A stretch of 64,000 nucleotides of DNA, from contig CAXHJY010000021.1 in NCBI GenBank assembly GCA_964016885.1, positions 67,790 through 131,789 of the forward strand, written 5' to 3'. The translations under genes and the position numbers were made by a program. The notes below the pieces were generated by a model. The model searched no databases. It was not told the DNA's origin and saw only the letters and a program-made list of their open reading frames with translations. How positions within the stretch are numbered: the first letter of the stretch is position 1; every line of letters begins with the position of its first letter. Source of the DNA: Eledone cirrhosa (Eukaryota). This document shows, one piece after another, positions 40,309 through 55,887 of this stretch.

Positions 40309-42906
40309 ACTCTTTTACTCTTTTACCTGTTTCAGCCATCCGGCTGAGGCCATGCTGGGGCACCGCCCTTGTTGCTACACATTTTATCTCCAGCCTGTAT
40401 AGGTTGGCCACTGGTGTAGGAGGGAGTTTGTTGCTGCTGCCCTTAGGTTTCCCTCGTGTCTTGCTGTGGGCTCATCCGGGATCCTGGATAACAAGGTGTC
40501 GAGATGTTTCTTAAAGACATCCACCTCCACGTCATGCAAGTCTCGCAGATGCCTCGGCAGCCTGTTGAAGAGTTGAGGGCCCTTGAATTCCAGGCTATTG
40601 CAATACCTGCTCCTTATTCTAGATGTGGAAGACAGGACCTTTGGCACCACACAGTGACGTCCTGTTCGACGGTTGGTCCAGCTCCCAATGCCAAAGTTTG
40701 GTGCTAGTCCCTCCAGGATTTTCCACATGTAGATCACTGCGTATCTCTCCCGTCTTCGCTCCAAGGAGTAGAGGTTCAGTTCCTTTAGCCTCTCCCAGTA
40801 GCTTGTCTCCCTCATCTTGGTAATCCTCTTGGTGTAGCTTCGCTGGATTGCCTCAAGCTCCGTGGTTAGTTTGACACTATGGGGTGACCACAGCTGGGAG
40901 CAGTAGTCCAGGCGGCTTAGGACAAAAGTCCTCCACAGTGTCAACATGGTGTCTCGATCTCTTGTAAGGAAAGTCCTCAAGATCCAGCCAGCGAATCGTC
41001 TACATGTTGTCGCCACCTTCATGATGTGTGAAGAAAAAGATGCATCATCGCTCATGTCTATGCCCAGGTCTCGTATCGATTTTGACACGGGGATATCGGT
41101 CCCTACTGGTCCTGTGTAGCTGTGTTCCGCTATATTTGTGTTTGTGTTTGCAGGTTTGTATTGTAGGGCTTGGAATTTGCCAGCATTAAACTGCATGTTG
41201 TTTTCTTCCGCCCATTTGTATATGGCATCCAGATATTGTTGTAAAAGGGCAGCGTCAGCCGGGTTTTTGATTGCCTGTGCTACCTTAGTGTCATCAGCAT
41301 AGCTAGTGAGGGATGTTGTTGCATGCACCACAGAGGGCATGTCCGAGAGAGCCACCAAAAGCAGTAGTGGTCCCAGGACTGTCCCCTGGGGCACCCCACT
41401 TGTTATCGGTGTTTCCCTCGAGAGGGCCCCATTTGCTGCGACTGACTGGCTTCTGCCCCTTAGGAAGCCATGCAGCCACTCACCTACTTTTCCAGTTATG
41501 CCGAGTCCGTGTAGTTTGTGACATATCATTCCGTGGTCGACCTTGTCAAAGGCCTTCGCAAAGTCAAGATATATCACGTCTACATGTGAGCTGTCTAGTA
41601 GTTGTCTCAGTACCCAGTCGTAGTGATGTAGCAGCTGTGTAAGGCAGCTTCTTCCTGGGCGGAAGCCATGTTGCGTGCTAGTCAGGCGGTCATTTTCTTC
41701 GAGGAAAGTGATTAGTTTCTTTCTGACGACTCGCTCCATGACCTTACTGATATGCGACGTCAGGGAGACTGTCCTATAGTTCTTGGCCTCCGCTCTACTA
41801 CCTCCTTTATGGATAGGGCATATTGTGCCTTCTTTCAGCTCCCTGGGTAGTACACCGCTAGCCAAGGAGCTTCTGAAGAGCATCTTCAGTGGAGTTGCTA
41901 AGGCCCGCTTACATATTTTTAGGAGAACTGCTGGGAATCCATCAGGTCCAGCAGCCGAGTCTGTTCTAATTTCATCAATGGCGTACACCACATCCTCCTC
42001 CGTTATGTCTATGTGGTTGATGGTTGCCATTTCTTGATGTAGTGTTGTGGCATCAAAGAACTCCTCTGGCTTCGTTATTTGCATGTGCCTCAGTGGACAT
42101 GTGAAGACACTTTTGTACTGTTCGTTCAGTATTTCACATATCTCTTGGGGATTTTCGGTTAATGAACCGTCCGTATGGAAGAGTGGTCCAATCTTGCAGT
42201 GTAGAGGCAGTTTCTTTTGCAAATTTAAAGAAGGCCTTAGGGTTTGTTTTAATGTTTTCTATGGCCCTGTTCTCTTTCTTTGCCCTCTCATTTTCATGTG
42301 AAAGTTTGAGTGCAATCTCGGTGTCAAGTAGTGCACGTTTCAAATAGGATTCCTTCTTGTTTTGGTTTTGTTGACTATTCAACTGGTTTGAGAGTTTAGT
42401 TCTACATCTCATAAGGATTTTCCTATCTCTGGGAATAAGATTTTTGTGTCTGTTTGCCTCTTTCTCCGGAACACACTTTTTGCATATGGTGTGTATCGTT
42501 GTCATGAAGTGTTGAAATTGTGTGTTAGTGTCTTGTGTGGCGATGTTTTCACTCCATGTTTGCTTCCGGATTTCACTCTTAATCTTTTTCCAGTTAGCCT
42601 TGTAGAAGTTAAGGTTGGATAGCGTCCCGGAGCTTCTTGGTGGTTTTGTCTCTGTTGGTTCTCTTGGACCACATATCATTAGCTCTAATAAGTTATGATC
42701 CGAGAGAATTGTTGGTGTCACCTTTACATTGTGGATGAGCACTTCGTTGTTTGTAAAACAGAGGTCCAGGACATTTTCGCCTCTTGTTGGGAGGAGTATT
42801 GCTTGCTCCATGAACAGCCTGTGTGTGAGGGCCAGCAGGGATTCCGTCTGTCTCTGTTCTATTGACGTCATTCCAGGGAGGAGGTGGCCCTCAGGCCATT
42901 TGACCT
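40309..42906 (-). mobile_element. CR1-group LINE, 5'-truncated, one frameshift, (GTAAAAGA)n tail
   Basis: ORFs 42134-42871 (endonuclease end, SDH) and 40384-42222 (NYRTVSLTS, HGFRPGRSC, YLDFAKAFD, SGVPQG, YADD, SLERRR). The exact clade needs a phylogeny. Confidence 0.85.
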
Positions 42907-42914
42907 TATATATA

Positions 42915-42961
<47 letters not shown>

Positions 42962-42985
42962 AAATATATATATAAATATATATAT

Positions 42986-43031
<46 letters not shown>

Positions 43032-43071
43032 AAATATATATATATATATATAAATATACATATAACTATAT

Positions 43072-43148
<77 letters not shown>

Positions 43149-43196
43149 TATGTATAAATATATATATATAAATATAAATATATATATATAAATATA

Positions 43197-43232
<36 letters not shown>

Positions 43233-43423
43233 AATATATATATACATATAAATATATATATACATATAAATATATATATATATATAAATATACATATAAA
43301 TATATATATATAAATATATATATATAAATATATATATATAAATATATATATAAATATATAAATATATATATAAATATATATATATATAAATATATAAATA
43401 TATAAATAAATATATAAATATAT

Positions 43424-43456
<33 letters not shown>

Positions 43457-43477
43457 AATATATATGTATAAATATAA

Positions 43478-43580
<103 letters not shown>

Positions 43581-43916
43581 CATATATATATATTTATATA
43601 TGTATATTTATATATATATATATATATATTTATATACATATATATATATTTATATATATATATTTATATATATATTTATATACATATATATATATTTATA
43701 TATATATATTTATATATATATTTATATACATATATATATATTTATATATATATATTTATATATATATTTATATACATATATATATATTTATATATATATA
43801 TTTATATATATATATATATATTTATATACATATATATATATATATTTATATACATATATATATATTTATATATATATATTTATATATATATATATATATT
43901 TATATACATATATATA

Positions 43917-43958
<42 letters not shown>

Positions 43959-44066
43959 TATATATATGTATATAAATATATATATATATATATAAATATA
44001 TATATATAAATATATATGTATATAAATAAATATATATATATATATGTATATAAATATATATATATG

Positions 44067-44116
<50 letters not shown>

Positions 44117-44141
44117 AATAAATATATATATATATATAAAT

Positions 44142-44176
<35 letters not shown>

Positions 44177-44235
44177 AATATATATAAATATATATATAAA
44201 TATATATAAATATATGTAAATAAATATATATATAT

Positions 44236-44267
<32 letters not shown>

Positions 44268-45680
44268 CATCATCATCATCACCGTTTTACGTCCGTTCTT
44301 CCACGCTAGCATGGGTTAGACGGGTTGTCCTGTTGTGGGCAGTGTCTGGTCGGCTGGCCATGCCTTGCTCATACAGGAACTGATCTGGCTTGATTTCTAC
44401 AGCTGGATACCCTTCCTAACACCAACCTCATTTACAGTGAGTGCTGGGTGCTTTTTCGTGGCGCCTACACGTCCACTTTACAGTGTGGGCTGGGTGCTTT
44501 TTTGCCGTGGCACCTCCACGACCGCCTTGCGGGGGGGGGGGGGGGGGGGCATATTGTTTATATGCTTCAGCATGTACCCATGGGAGATCGGGTACCCTGT
44601 ATTACTGCGTGACGTCAGAAGTCACGGTCGTGTGTCATTGACTTTGAGAGGTGTAGTTGGGTAAGGTCGGCTTTTATCACCTCATCCCAAGTCATCTTGG
44701 GTCTCCCCACTCCGCGGTTTCCATCAACTTCTAGTGCTCTGCACCTTTTTATGCAGCTGTCATCCTTCATACGCATCACATGTCCATACCAGCGTAACCG
44801 CCTCTCCTGCACGCAGCATTTGATTCCTCTTATGCTCAGTCTCTCTCTCAATTCCTTTATGCTTTGTCGTTCACGTATATTACTGTTACACATCCATCGG
44901 AGCATGCGGGCTTCGTTTCTCTCTAATCTACGTAAGTCTTCCACCTTCAGCGCCCAGGTCTCACTACCATGCAACATCGCTGTTCGGATACACGCATCAT
45001 ACAGTCTGCCTTTCATTCTGAGGGAGAAGCCTTTTGCAGCTAGCAGTGGTAGTAGTTCCCTAAATTTCTTCCATCCCGTTCTTACCCTAGTTATTGTACT
45101 TTCTGAGCACCCACCTCCGTTGCTAATTCGGTCACCTAGGTAGCAGAAGCTGTCTACTGTTTCTACAGGGCCCTCCCAGAGATTGGTGTTACTTGTTTCC
45201 TGTGGCTGTTTGCTTGCTGTTTCAGCACAGCTGCTGCATGTGAATCCTACATTCTTAATTAAGCTTCCTGAGATCCCGCTACATCTCTTGTGTACCCATT
45301 GTTTGCATTTGGGGCAGAGAATGGAGTTCCTACCTACACCTTTCCTACATACTGAGCAAGGCCATTTCCCTGAGGGGATCTGGGTTCTGTTTTCTCGTCT
45401 ACTTATAAGGACCTTAGTCTTTGTCATGTTGACTTTGAGGCCCTTTCTCTCTAGTCCCTGCTTCCAGGTTTGGAATTTATTCTCTAGTTCTACCATAGAT
45501 TCAGCTATGAGTGCGAGGTCATCAGCATACAGGAGTTCCCATGGGCATCCGGTCTTAAACTCCTCCGTTATTGCCTGCAGGACTATGATGAACAGGAGAG
45601 GGCTAAGAACAGAGCCCTGGTGGACCCCAACCTGTACGCTAAATTCCTCGCTATACTCATTGCCAATCCTAACTTTGCTT
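44268..45680 (-). mobile_element. RTE family B, 5'-truncated
   Basis: ORF 44615-45496 with PHD finger and a (GAT)n tail. Confidence 0.9.
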
Positions 45681-45726
45681 ATATATATATAAATATATAT
45701 ATATAAATATATAAATATATATATAT

Positions 45727-47398
45727 CATCATCATCATCATCATCATCATCATCGTTTAACGTCCATGTTCCACGCTTGCATGGGTTTGGACGGGAGTTT
45801 TCCCACTTGAGGCAAGAGTGGTTGTCTTGCTCGCATAGGACTGTCTGGCGGGTTTTCTACGGTTAGATGCCCTTCCTCACACCAACCACATTTACAGAGT
45901 GGGGCTGGGAGGTTTTTACCGTGTTGCCTACACGGCCACATTACAGCGTGGACTATCTGGCGGGTTTTCTACAGCTGGATGCCCTTCCTAACACCAACCA
46001 CATTTACAGTGTGGGGCTGGGAGGTTTTTACCGTGTTGCCTACACGGCCACATTACAGCGTGGACTGTGTGTTTTTTTTTTGTCGTGACACCTACACGAT
46101 CTCATTTGTTTCGGCCTGGATGTTGTGGCACCAACATAACTTTACATTGAAAGGGGCGGTGTGGATGGGGTGGGGGTGGTGGGACGGGGGGTGTATTTTG
46201 TTAGAGATGCCTACTGCTTGTAGTAGGTTTTACTTTGTATTTAGGTAAGGCGGGTCTTCTCTATTACTGAGTACCGCCAAAGGTCTCGGTCCAGTGACAT
46301 TGTCTTGGAGAGGTGTAAGTGTGTCAGGTCGGAATTTATCAGCCCGTCCCAGGTTTTTCTAGGTCTGCCTACTCCGTGGCTACCATCTATCTTTATTGCC
46401 CTGCACTTTGCTATACAGCTGTCGTCTTTCATGCGCATCACGTGACCATACCAACGTAGCCTTCTCTCGAGTAAACAACATCTGATCCCTCTTATTTCTA
46501 ATTTTTTCCTTAGTTCGTTTATCCTTTGCCGTTCACGTATATTACTATTACACATCCAGCGGAGCATGCAAGCTTCGTTCCTCTCTAGTCTGCATATATC
46601 CTCTGCACACAATGCCCAGGTCTCACAGCCATGCAACATTGCTGTTCGTATGCAGGCATCATACAACCTGCATTTCATTTTTAGGGAGAACCCTTTAGCG
46701 GCCAATAGTTGTATAAGCTCTCTGAACTTTTTCCATCCAGTTCTGACTCTAGCTACTGTACTTTCAGAGCACCCTCCCCCACTGCTGATTTTGTCACCCA
46801 GGTAACGGAAGCTGTCCACTATTTCTATAGAACCCTCTGCGCAATTGAAAGTGCTAGTATTCTGTGGGCACTTGCTGCTACTTATTGCACCAGAGCACCG
46901 GCCACATGTAAAATCTGTGTTCTTAGTTAGCTTACCTGTGATCCCACTACATCTTTTATGCACCCATACTTTGCATTTGGGACATAAAATGGAGTTTCTA
47001 CCTACGCCTTTCCTACACACTGAGCATGGCCATTTCCCGGAAGGGACCGGCGCCTTATTTTCTTTCCTACAAACTAGAACTTTAGTCTTAGCCAGGTTAA
47101 TTTTAAGGCCTTTTGATTCTAGGCCGTGCTTCCATGTTTGGAATTTCTTCTCTAGCTCAGCCATTGATTCAGCTATGAGCGTTAGATCATCTGCGTATAA
47201 GAGTTCTCATGGGCAGCCGGTCTTGAACTCCTCTGTTATAGCCTGAAGGGCAATAATAAATAGTAGGGGGCTAAGAACAGAGCCCTGATGGACACCAACT
47301 TTTACGCTAAACTTTTCACTATATTCGTTGTTAATTCTAACCTTGCTCACTGTTTCTTTATACATGGCTTGTATAGCTCTCACAAGCCATTCGTCAAT
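45727..47398 (-). mobile_element. RTE family A2, 5'-truncated at the DEW motif
   Basis: ORF 46241-47164. Duplicated 3' UTR module as in 35638-35865. Confidence 0.9.
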
Positions 47399-47423
47399 AT
47401 ATATATATAAATATATATATATA

Positions 47424-47536
<113 letters not shown>

Positions 47537-47724
47537 GTAGATAAATCTACCAAGAGTTTACGGTAGTGTCCAATCCGTATGAAGAACTCAATGTATTCCG
47601 GATATCATGGAAAGAAGAGATGTAATGAAAATCCACTTTCGGTGAAAGATAAACGGTATACAGAGTCAAGATAAAATATTAAACAAATAATGAACAAACA
47701 ATTCCTTATATTAAACAAAAAAAG

Positions 47725-47879
47725 TTCACTATTTAACGATCGTTTCTAGGGCATATATGTGTTATAATTGGTATGCATATTTAACAGATCTATGTACAAA
47801 ATTATACAAAATTATACAAATTATCAAGATTAAATATACATACCTAACTCATATATACGCCGTCTTCAGAAATAATGAA
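47725..47879 (-). ncRNA. Type I hammerhead with extended stem II (family B)
   Basis: ttcattattt CTGAAGA ... GAAAC gatc GTT aaatagtgaa. Confidence 0.82.
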
Positions 47880-48641
47880 GTATATTTATTGATAATAACA
47901 ACAATTCAAAATATCAGTTCAAAATTGACCAATGAAAACACAAAGGGTTAAAAGCAGTTTGGTGTGTGTATATACATGCAAAAACCTTACACATATTTTA
48001 CAATAATGTGTGTATAATTTGTATGTGTATACTAAAAAGATGGATGCAAACACAAAATTTCAAGGTTAATATCTCTGTAAGTTTAATGCGCTGATAAGAT
48101 ACGCAAAGATACTTATGGAGTCAAGCATATAAATATATTTTTTTCATACTCACACATATCAGTATAATCACACATACATGTGCGTATATGCATAAATATA
48201 CACATAACCACGAACATACAAACACACACACTCCCCCACTCACATTTATATATGTGGATATAAAATCATAAGCAAATAGAAATTAAGTCACTCACATAAA
48301 AACACTGGTACACACATTTCAAGATCAAGATACAGAAATTAGGTGGGAGGGGGGGGGGGGAGGGGTCAGTATTAGATTGTCAGACCAGACAGCCTAATAT
48401 AAATGTATCTATAAATTAAGAAAAATAAAAAAATAAAAACAATAAAATATAATAAATGTACATACACATACAGATATACATACACATACATACATGTACG
48501 CGCACATAGAGATATCTACACATACATACATACACACATACCTATACTGTCATACACACACATACATTTACACGAAACATACACATACACATATAAAAAG
48601 ATATAAATACACACACACTCACGCGCAACACATACACACAT

Positions 48642-48688
<47 letters not shown>

Positions 48689-48709
48689 TATACACACACA
48701 CATAGACTC

Positions 48710-48741
<32 letters not shown>

Positions 48742-48799
48742 ATACAAACATATATATCACCACACTCATACCACCATAAATATACATACAAACACCCAC

Positions 48800-48833
<34 letters not shown>

Positions 48834-49044
48834 ACATACACACACGTACATATATATATATATATATATACACATATATACACATACATATATATATATA
48901 CACACACATAAAAAACAGACATGCACATATATATATATATATATATATATATTTCATTACTCTTATATATACACATAGTATATATACATACACAACCTCA
49001 CTTATACACATATACACATAAGTTATATTACAATAATAATAAAG

Positions 49045-49091
<47 letters not shown>

Positions 49092-49214
49092 TACATACAT
49101 ATATATATATATATACACACACATACATACACATACATACATACACCTAAACATATACATACATAAATACACACATACGAATAAAGACATATATTCACAC
49201 ATAGACACCTATAT

Positions 49215-49250
<36 letters not shown>

Positions 49251-51039
49251 ATATATATACACATACATACACATACATATATATATATATATATACACAT
49301 ACACACACACACACACACACAGACACACATACACACTCACATATACATATATATATATATGTGTATGTGAGTGTGCGCAAATACATATATATATACACAC
49401 ACACATACAAACACACACAAACACATACATATGCATACATGCACACACACACACACATATATCACATAGATACGAAGATAAACATATAAATAGAGAGACA
49501 TACAAATATATACAGAACCCATATACACATACATACAACCACGCATATACATATACATACATATATACACATACATATATTCCTATATACAAGCATACAC
49601 ATACATACACATATATACATATACATACACATATACATACCACACATTCACATACACATACATATATAATACATATATATACATATATATACATACATAT
49701 GTATGTACAATCATATATACACACTCAATCTTACATTCATATTTACATGCTCATATATGTATTTTTATATTTAGAAATAAATACCAAAACCTATATAGAC
49801 ACCCACCTACACATATATTCATACATATACTCTTACAAAAACAGATGATAATAGTATGGGGGAAAGGGGGGGTTTGGAGAAGGGGATCAAAGTAAATATA
49901 TGTTTCAAGAAACATATAATATTTTCCGTATCTTAATTCAATGTATGTTCTTACATATTTTCAGTGCTAGGAAATACGAAATCTATGCATCCCAAAATAA
50001 AAAAGTATACCATTAATCATATGTTAACTAAACCAAAGATAGTCAACATATTGATTTCCAAGGTGTAAATTAGTTAGGTTTATAATATTTGAAGCAGAAT
50101 TATGAAGTCAAACAGTAGTAGATTATTAATTACATTATAACTAAATTAAAGTTAATAACGTTATGGTATCAATATTAGGAGATGAATTTAGTAATAGGGA
50201 AAAGAAACCCAAATAAAAATAAAATAAAGTATTACATCGGTAGTAGCATATAAATTATATGTTAACTAAATTAAAAATTATATATTTATTTCAATAGTAT
50301 ACGTTAATTAGTATATGTTAATTAGGTATACAATACATAAAGCAGATATTGTATTTCATCAATAGCATAATATAATTATATGCAAATAAAAATCAAAATT
50401 AATACGCATACATATACATATACATACACATACACATATATATACATATACACACACATATATATATATATACATATATATACACATACATACATATATA
50501 GTCACATAAATATACATACAGATACACATACAATACACACATATACATATACATATAGATATACATATCTTTTTCAAAAAATTGCACAGAATATATTAAC
50601 TAGGTATATATCCAAAACACATCCCATTCTATGATTACATGACATTCTGCAATTCGTCTGTACAAGGATACTAATTTTAAGCAAATTAAAATTAAAGTTT
50701 TAGGTTGATTAAAACTAAAACCAAATAATAAATATATTTCCAAAATGTATATTAATTAGGTCTATAATACTAAAAATTCTTTCTCCGTCATAGGATACAT
50801 GATATTATTTTGTTATATTTTATCTGTAAAAGAATTATAATAAAAAAAATTATAATAAAAGGTTAAAATAAATTAAAATTAATCTATAAATTAAATTACT
50901 GAGTATATATTAGTAATATTTAAAGGTTTTTCAAAATTTATGATTACATAATATTTTCTCATCTGTAATAAAATATTAATTAAATTAAATTTATAGGTTA
51001 ACTAACATTTAAATTAAATTAAATTCTAGAATAATGTTA

Positions 51040-51256
51040 TTAATTAGGTTTATAATATTTAAATGTTTTTTTTAGTTTATGATTACACGATATAATTAAT
51101 TCCTGTCTTTTATTTAATAAGATATCCCTAGACTTCATTATTTCAAATAGTTCTTGGGAACATAATCTACATTCCTTTCTATTATTTTGATAAGGGGTGG
51201 CTCTTTTGAGCACACTCCAGGTCAAATCATATTTTATATTTTTATTTTTATAACTA
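51040..51256 (-). pseudogene. C-terminal fragment of the PLE GIY-YIG region
   Basis: Aligns by eye with the end of ORF 1447-2118 (W.....PY/PF....C.LC..E...LN.R......C.H...FKY). Confidence 0.75.
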
Positions 51257-51322
51257 GTGTGTGTGTGTGTGTGTATGTGTATATATATATATATATATGT
51301 ATGTGTATGTATGTGTATATAT

Positions 51323-51358
<36 letters not shown>

Positions 51359-51481
51359 ATATAGGTGTCTATGTGTGAATATATGTCTTTATTCGTATGT
51401 GTGTATTTATGTATGTATATGTTTAGGTGTATGTATGTATGTGTATGTATGTGTGTGTATATATATATATATATGTATGTA

Positions 51482-51528
<47 letters not shown>

Positions 51529-51739
51529 CTTTATTATTATTGTAATATAACTTATGTGTATATGTGTATAAGTGAGGTTGTGTATGTATATATACTATGT
51601 GTATATATAAGAGTAATGAAATATATATATATATATATATATATATGTGCATGTCTGTTTTTTATGTGTGTGTATATATATATATGTATGTGTATATATG
51701 TGTATATATATATATATATATATGTACGTGTGTGTATGT

Positions 51740-51773
<34 letters not shown>

Positions 51774-51831
51774 GTGGGTGTTTGTATGTATATTTATGGT
51801 GGTATGAGTGTGGTGATATATATGTTTGTAT

Positions 51832-51863
<32 letters not shown>

Positions 51864-51884
51864 GAGTCTATGTGTGTGTGTATA

Positions 51885-51929
<45 letters not shown>

Positions 51930-52691
51930 ATGTGTGTATGTGTTGCGCGTGAGTGTGTGTGTATTTATATCTTTTTATATGTGTATGTGTATGTTTCGTG
52001 TAAATGTATGTGTGTGTATGACAGTATAGGTATGTGTGTATGTATGTATGTGTAGATATCTCTATGTGCGCGTACATGTATGTATGTGTATGTATATCTG
52101 TATGTGTATGTACATTTATTATATTTTATTGTTTTTATTTTTTTATTTTTCTTAATTTATAGATACATTTATATTAGGCTGTCTGGTCTGACAATCTAAT
52201 ACTGACCCCTCCCCCCCCCCCCTCCCACCTAATTTCTGTATCTTGATCTTGAAATGTGTGTACCAGTGTTTTTATGTGAGTGACTTAATTTCTATTTGCT
52301 TATGATTTTATATCCACATATATAAATGTGAGTGGGGGAGTGTGTGTGTTTGTATGTTCGTGGTTATGTGTATATTTATGCATATACGCACATGTATGTG
52401 TGATTATACTGATATGTGTGAGTATGAAAAAAATATATTTATATGCTTGACTCCATAAGTATCTTTGCGTATCTTATCAGCGCATTAAACTTACAGAGAT
52501 ATTAACCTTGAAATTTTGTGTTTGCATCCATCTTTTTAGTATACACATACAAATTATACACACATTATTGTAAAATATGTGTAAGGTTTTTGCATGTATA
52601 TACACACACCAAACTGCTTTTAACCCTTTGTGTTTTCATTGGTCAATTTTGAACTGATATTTTGAATTGTTGTTATTATCAATAAATATAC

Positions 52692-52846
52692 TTCATTATT
52701 TCTGAAGACGGCGTATATATGAGTTAGGTATGTATATTTAATCTTGATAATTTGTATAATTTTGTATAATTTTGTACATAGATCTGTTAAATATGCATAC
52801 CAATTATAACACATATATGCCCTAGAAACGATCGTTAAATAGTGAA
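52692..52846 (+). ncRNA. Type I hammerhead with extended stem II (family B)
   Basis: Inverted copy of 47725-47879. Confidence 0.82.
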
Positions 52847-53102
52847 CTTTTTTTGTTTAATATAAGGAATTGTTTGTTCATTATTTGTTTAATATTTTAT
52901 ATATATATATATACATAAATATATATATATATATATACATAAATATATATATATATATATACATAAATATATATATATATATACATAAATATATATATAT
53001 ATATACATAAATATATATATATATATACATAAATATATATATATATACATAAATATATATATATATACATAAATATATATATATATACATAAATATATAT
53101 AT

Positions 53103-53173
<71 letters not shown>

Positions 53174-53354
53174 CATAAATATATATATATATATACATAA
53201 ATATATATATATATATATACATAAATATATATATATATATATACATAAATATATATATATATATATACATAAATATATATATATATATATACATAAATAT
53301 ATATATATATATATACATAAATATATATATATATATACATAAATATATATATAT

Positions 53355-53413
<59 letters not shown>

Positions 53414-53440
53414 CAAATATATATATATATATATATATAC

Positions 53441-53507
<67 letters not shown>

Positions 53508-53618
53508 AATATATATATATATATATATACATAAATATATATATATATATATATACATAAATATATATATATATATATATATACATAAATATATATATAT
53601 ATATATATACATAAATAT

Positions 53619-53798
<180 letters not shown>

Positions 53799-53947
53799 AT
53801 ATATATATATATATATGTAAAGTTATATTTAAAATTGTTGGGTTACAACTAGTAAATATTTATAACTGAAATAAAAGCACTCGACAAATATTTGGAGTAT
53901 ATTTACAATATTAAATAAGTGGAAAACTATATTTATAAAACCATATC

Positions 53948-54013
53948 TATTTCATTATATATATTTCGGGGATATCATATTAACAATATGCTATGCCTTC
54001 ATCAGACAAAATA
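53948..54013 (-). ncRNA. Type I minimal hammerhead (family A)
   Basis: tattttgt CTGATGA aggcatagcatattg...gatatcccc GAAA tatata TA atgaaata. Confidence 0.8.
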
Positions 54014-54155
54014 CAATATAAACAGTTTTATAGATAAATATATTCGACATACCGTAATAAACATCAACTTCATTTGTAAGCGTAAACCTCTTCAAATGAA
54101 GTTGATGTTTATTACGGTATGTCGAATATATTTATCTATAAAACTGTTTATATTG

Positions 54156-54221
54156 TATTTTGTCTGATGAAGGCATAGCATATTGTTAATATGATATCCC
54201 CGAAATATATATAATGAAATA
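54156..54221 (+). ncRNA. Type I minimal hammerhead (family A)
   Basis: Inverted copy of 53948-54013. Confidence 0.8.
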
Positions 54222-54276
54222 GATATGGTTTTATAAATATAGTTTTCCATTTATTTAATATTGTATATATATATAT

Positions 54277-54311
<35 letters not shown>

Positions 54312-54334
54312 CATAAATATATATATATACATAA

Positions 54335-54445
<111 letters not shown>

Positions 54446-54504
54446 AATATATATATATACATAAATATATATATATACATAAATATATATATATACATAA
54501 ATAT

Positions 54505-54543
<39 letters not shown>

Positions 54544-54674
54544 CATAAATATATATATATATACATAAATATATATATATATACATAAATATATATATAT
54601 ATACATAAATATATATATATATACATAAATATATATATATATACATAAATATATATATATATACATAAATATAT

Positions 54675-54743
<69 letters not shown>

Positions 54744-54744
54744 A

Positions 54745-54775
<31 letters not shown>

Positions 54776-54790
54776 CATAAATATATATAT

Positions 54791-54825
<35 letters not shown>

Positions 54826-54871
54826 CATAAATATATATATATATATATATATAAATATATATATATATATT

Positions 54872-54966
<95 letters not shown>

Positions 54967-54977
54967 TATATATAAAT

Positions 54978-55030
<53 letters not shown>

Positions 55031-55091
55031 AATATATATATAAATATATATATATATATAAATATATATATAAATATATATATATATATAA

Positions 55092-55124
<33 letters not shown>

Positions 55125-55143
55125 AATATATATATATATAAAT

Positions 55144-55224
<81 letters not shown>

Positions 55225-55251
55225 AATATATATATATATACATAAATATAT

Positions 55252-55308
<57 letters not shown>

Positions 55309-55329
55309 CATAAATATATATATATATAA

Positions 55330-55360
<31 letters not shown>

Positions 55361-55431
55361 CATAAATATATATATATATATATATATATAAATATATATA
55401 CATATATATAAATATATATATATATAAATAT

Positions 55432-55462
<31 letters not shown>

Positions 55463-55721
55463 AATATATATACATATATATATATAAATATATATAAATA
55501 TATATACATATATATATATAAATATATATACATATATATAAATATATATATATATATATACATAAATATATATATATATATATATACATAAATATATATA
55601 TATATAAATATATATACATATATATATAAATATATATACATATATATATAAATATATATAAATATACATATATATACATATATATATAAATATATATACA
55701 TATATATATAAATATATATAA

Positions 55722-55781
<60 letters not shown>

Positions 55782-55841
55782 TTATATATATTTATATATA
55801 TATGTATATATATATATAAATATATATACATATATATATAA

Positions 55842-55887
<46 letters not shown>

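Larger units (their letters stand above)
47537..52898 (-). mobile_element. PLE family B, 5'-truncated, with an approximately 1.6-kb inverted arm (47671-49320 vs 51257-52898)
   Basis: GIY-YIG C-terminal fragment at 51040-51256 (WSVL...CRLC...E...LNKRQE...CNH), a long 3' UTR and a hammerhead in each arm. Confidence 0.87.
53816..54265. mobile_element. Fold-back PLE-A pLTR mini-element with two outward-facing hammerheads
   Basis: Arms at about 53904-54076 and 54093-54265, plus an approximately 88-nt tail on the left only. Confidence 0.85.

Noticed and set aside
53816-54265. MITE or DNA transposon interpretation of the palindromes
   Set aside because: The arms are PLE pLTR sequence with hammerheads, are asymmetric, and the fold-back centres differ between copies.
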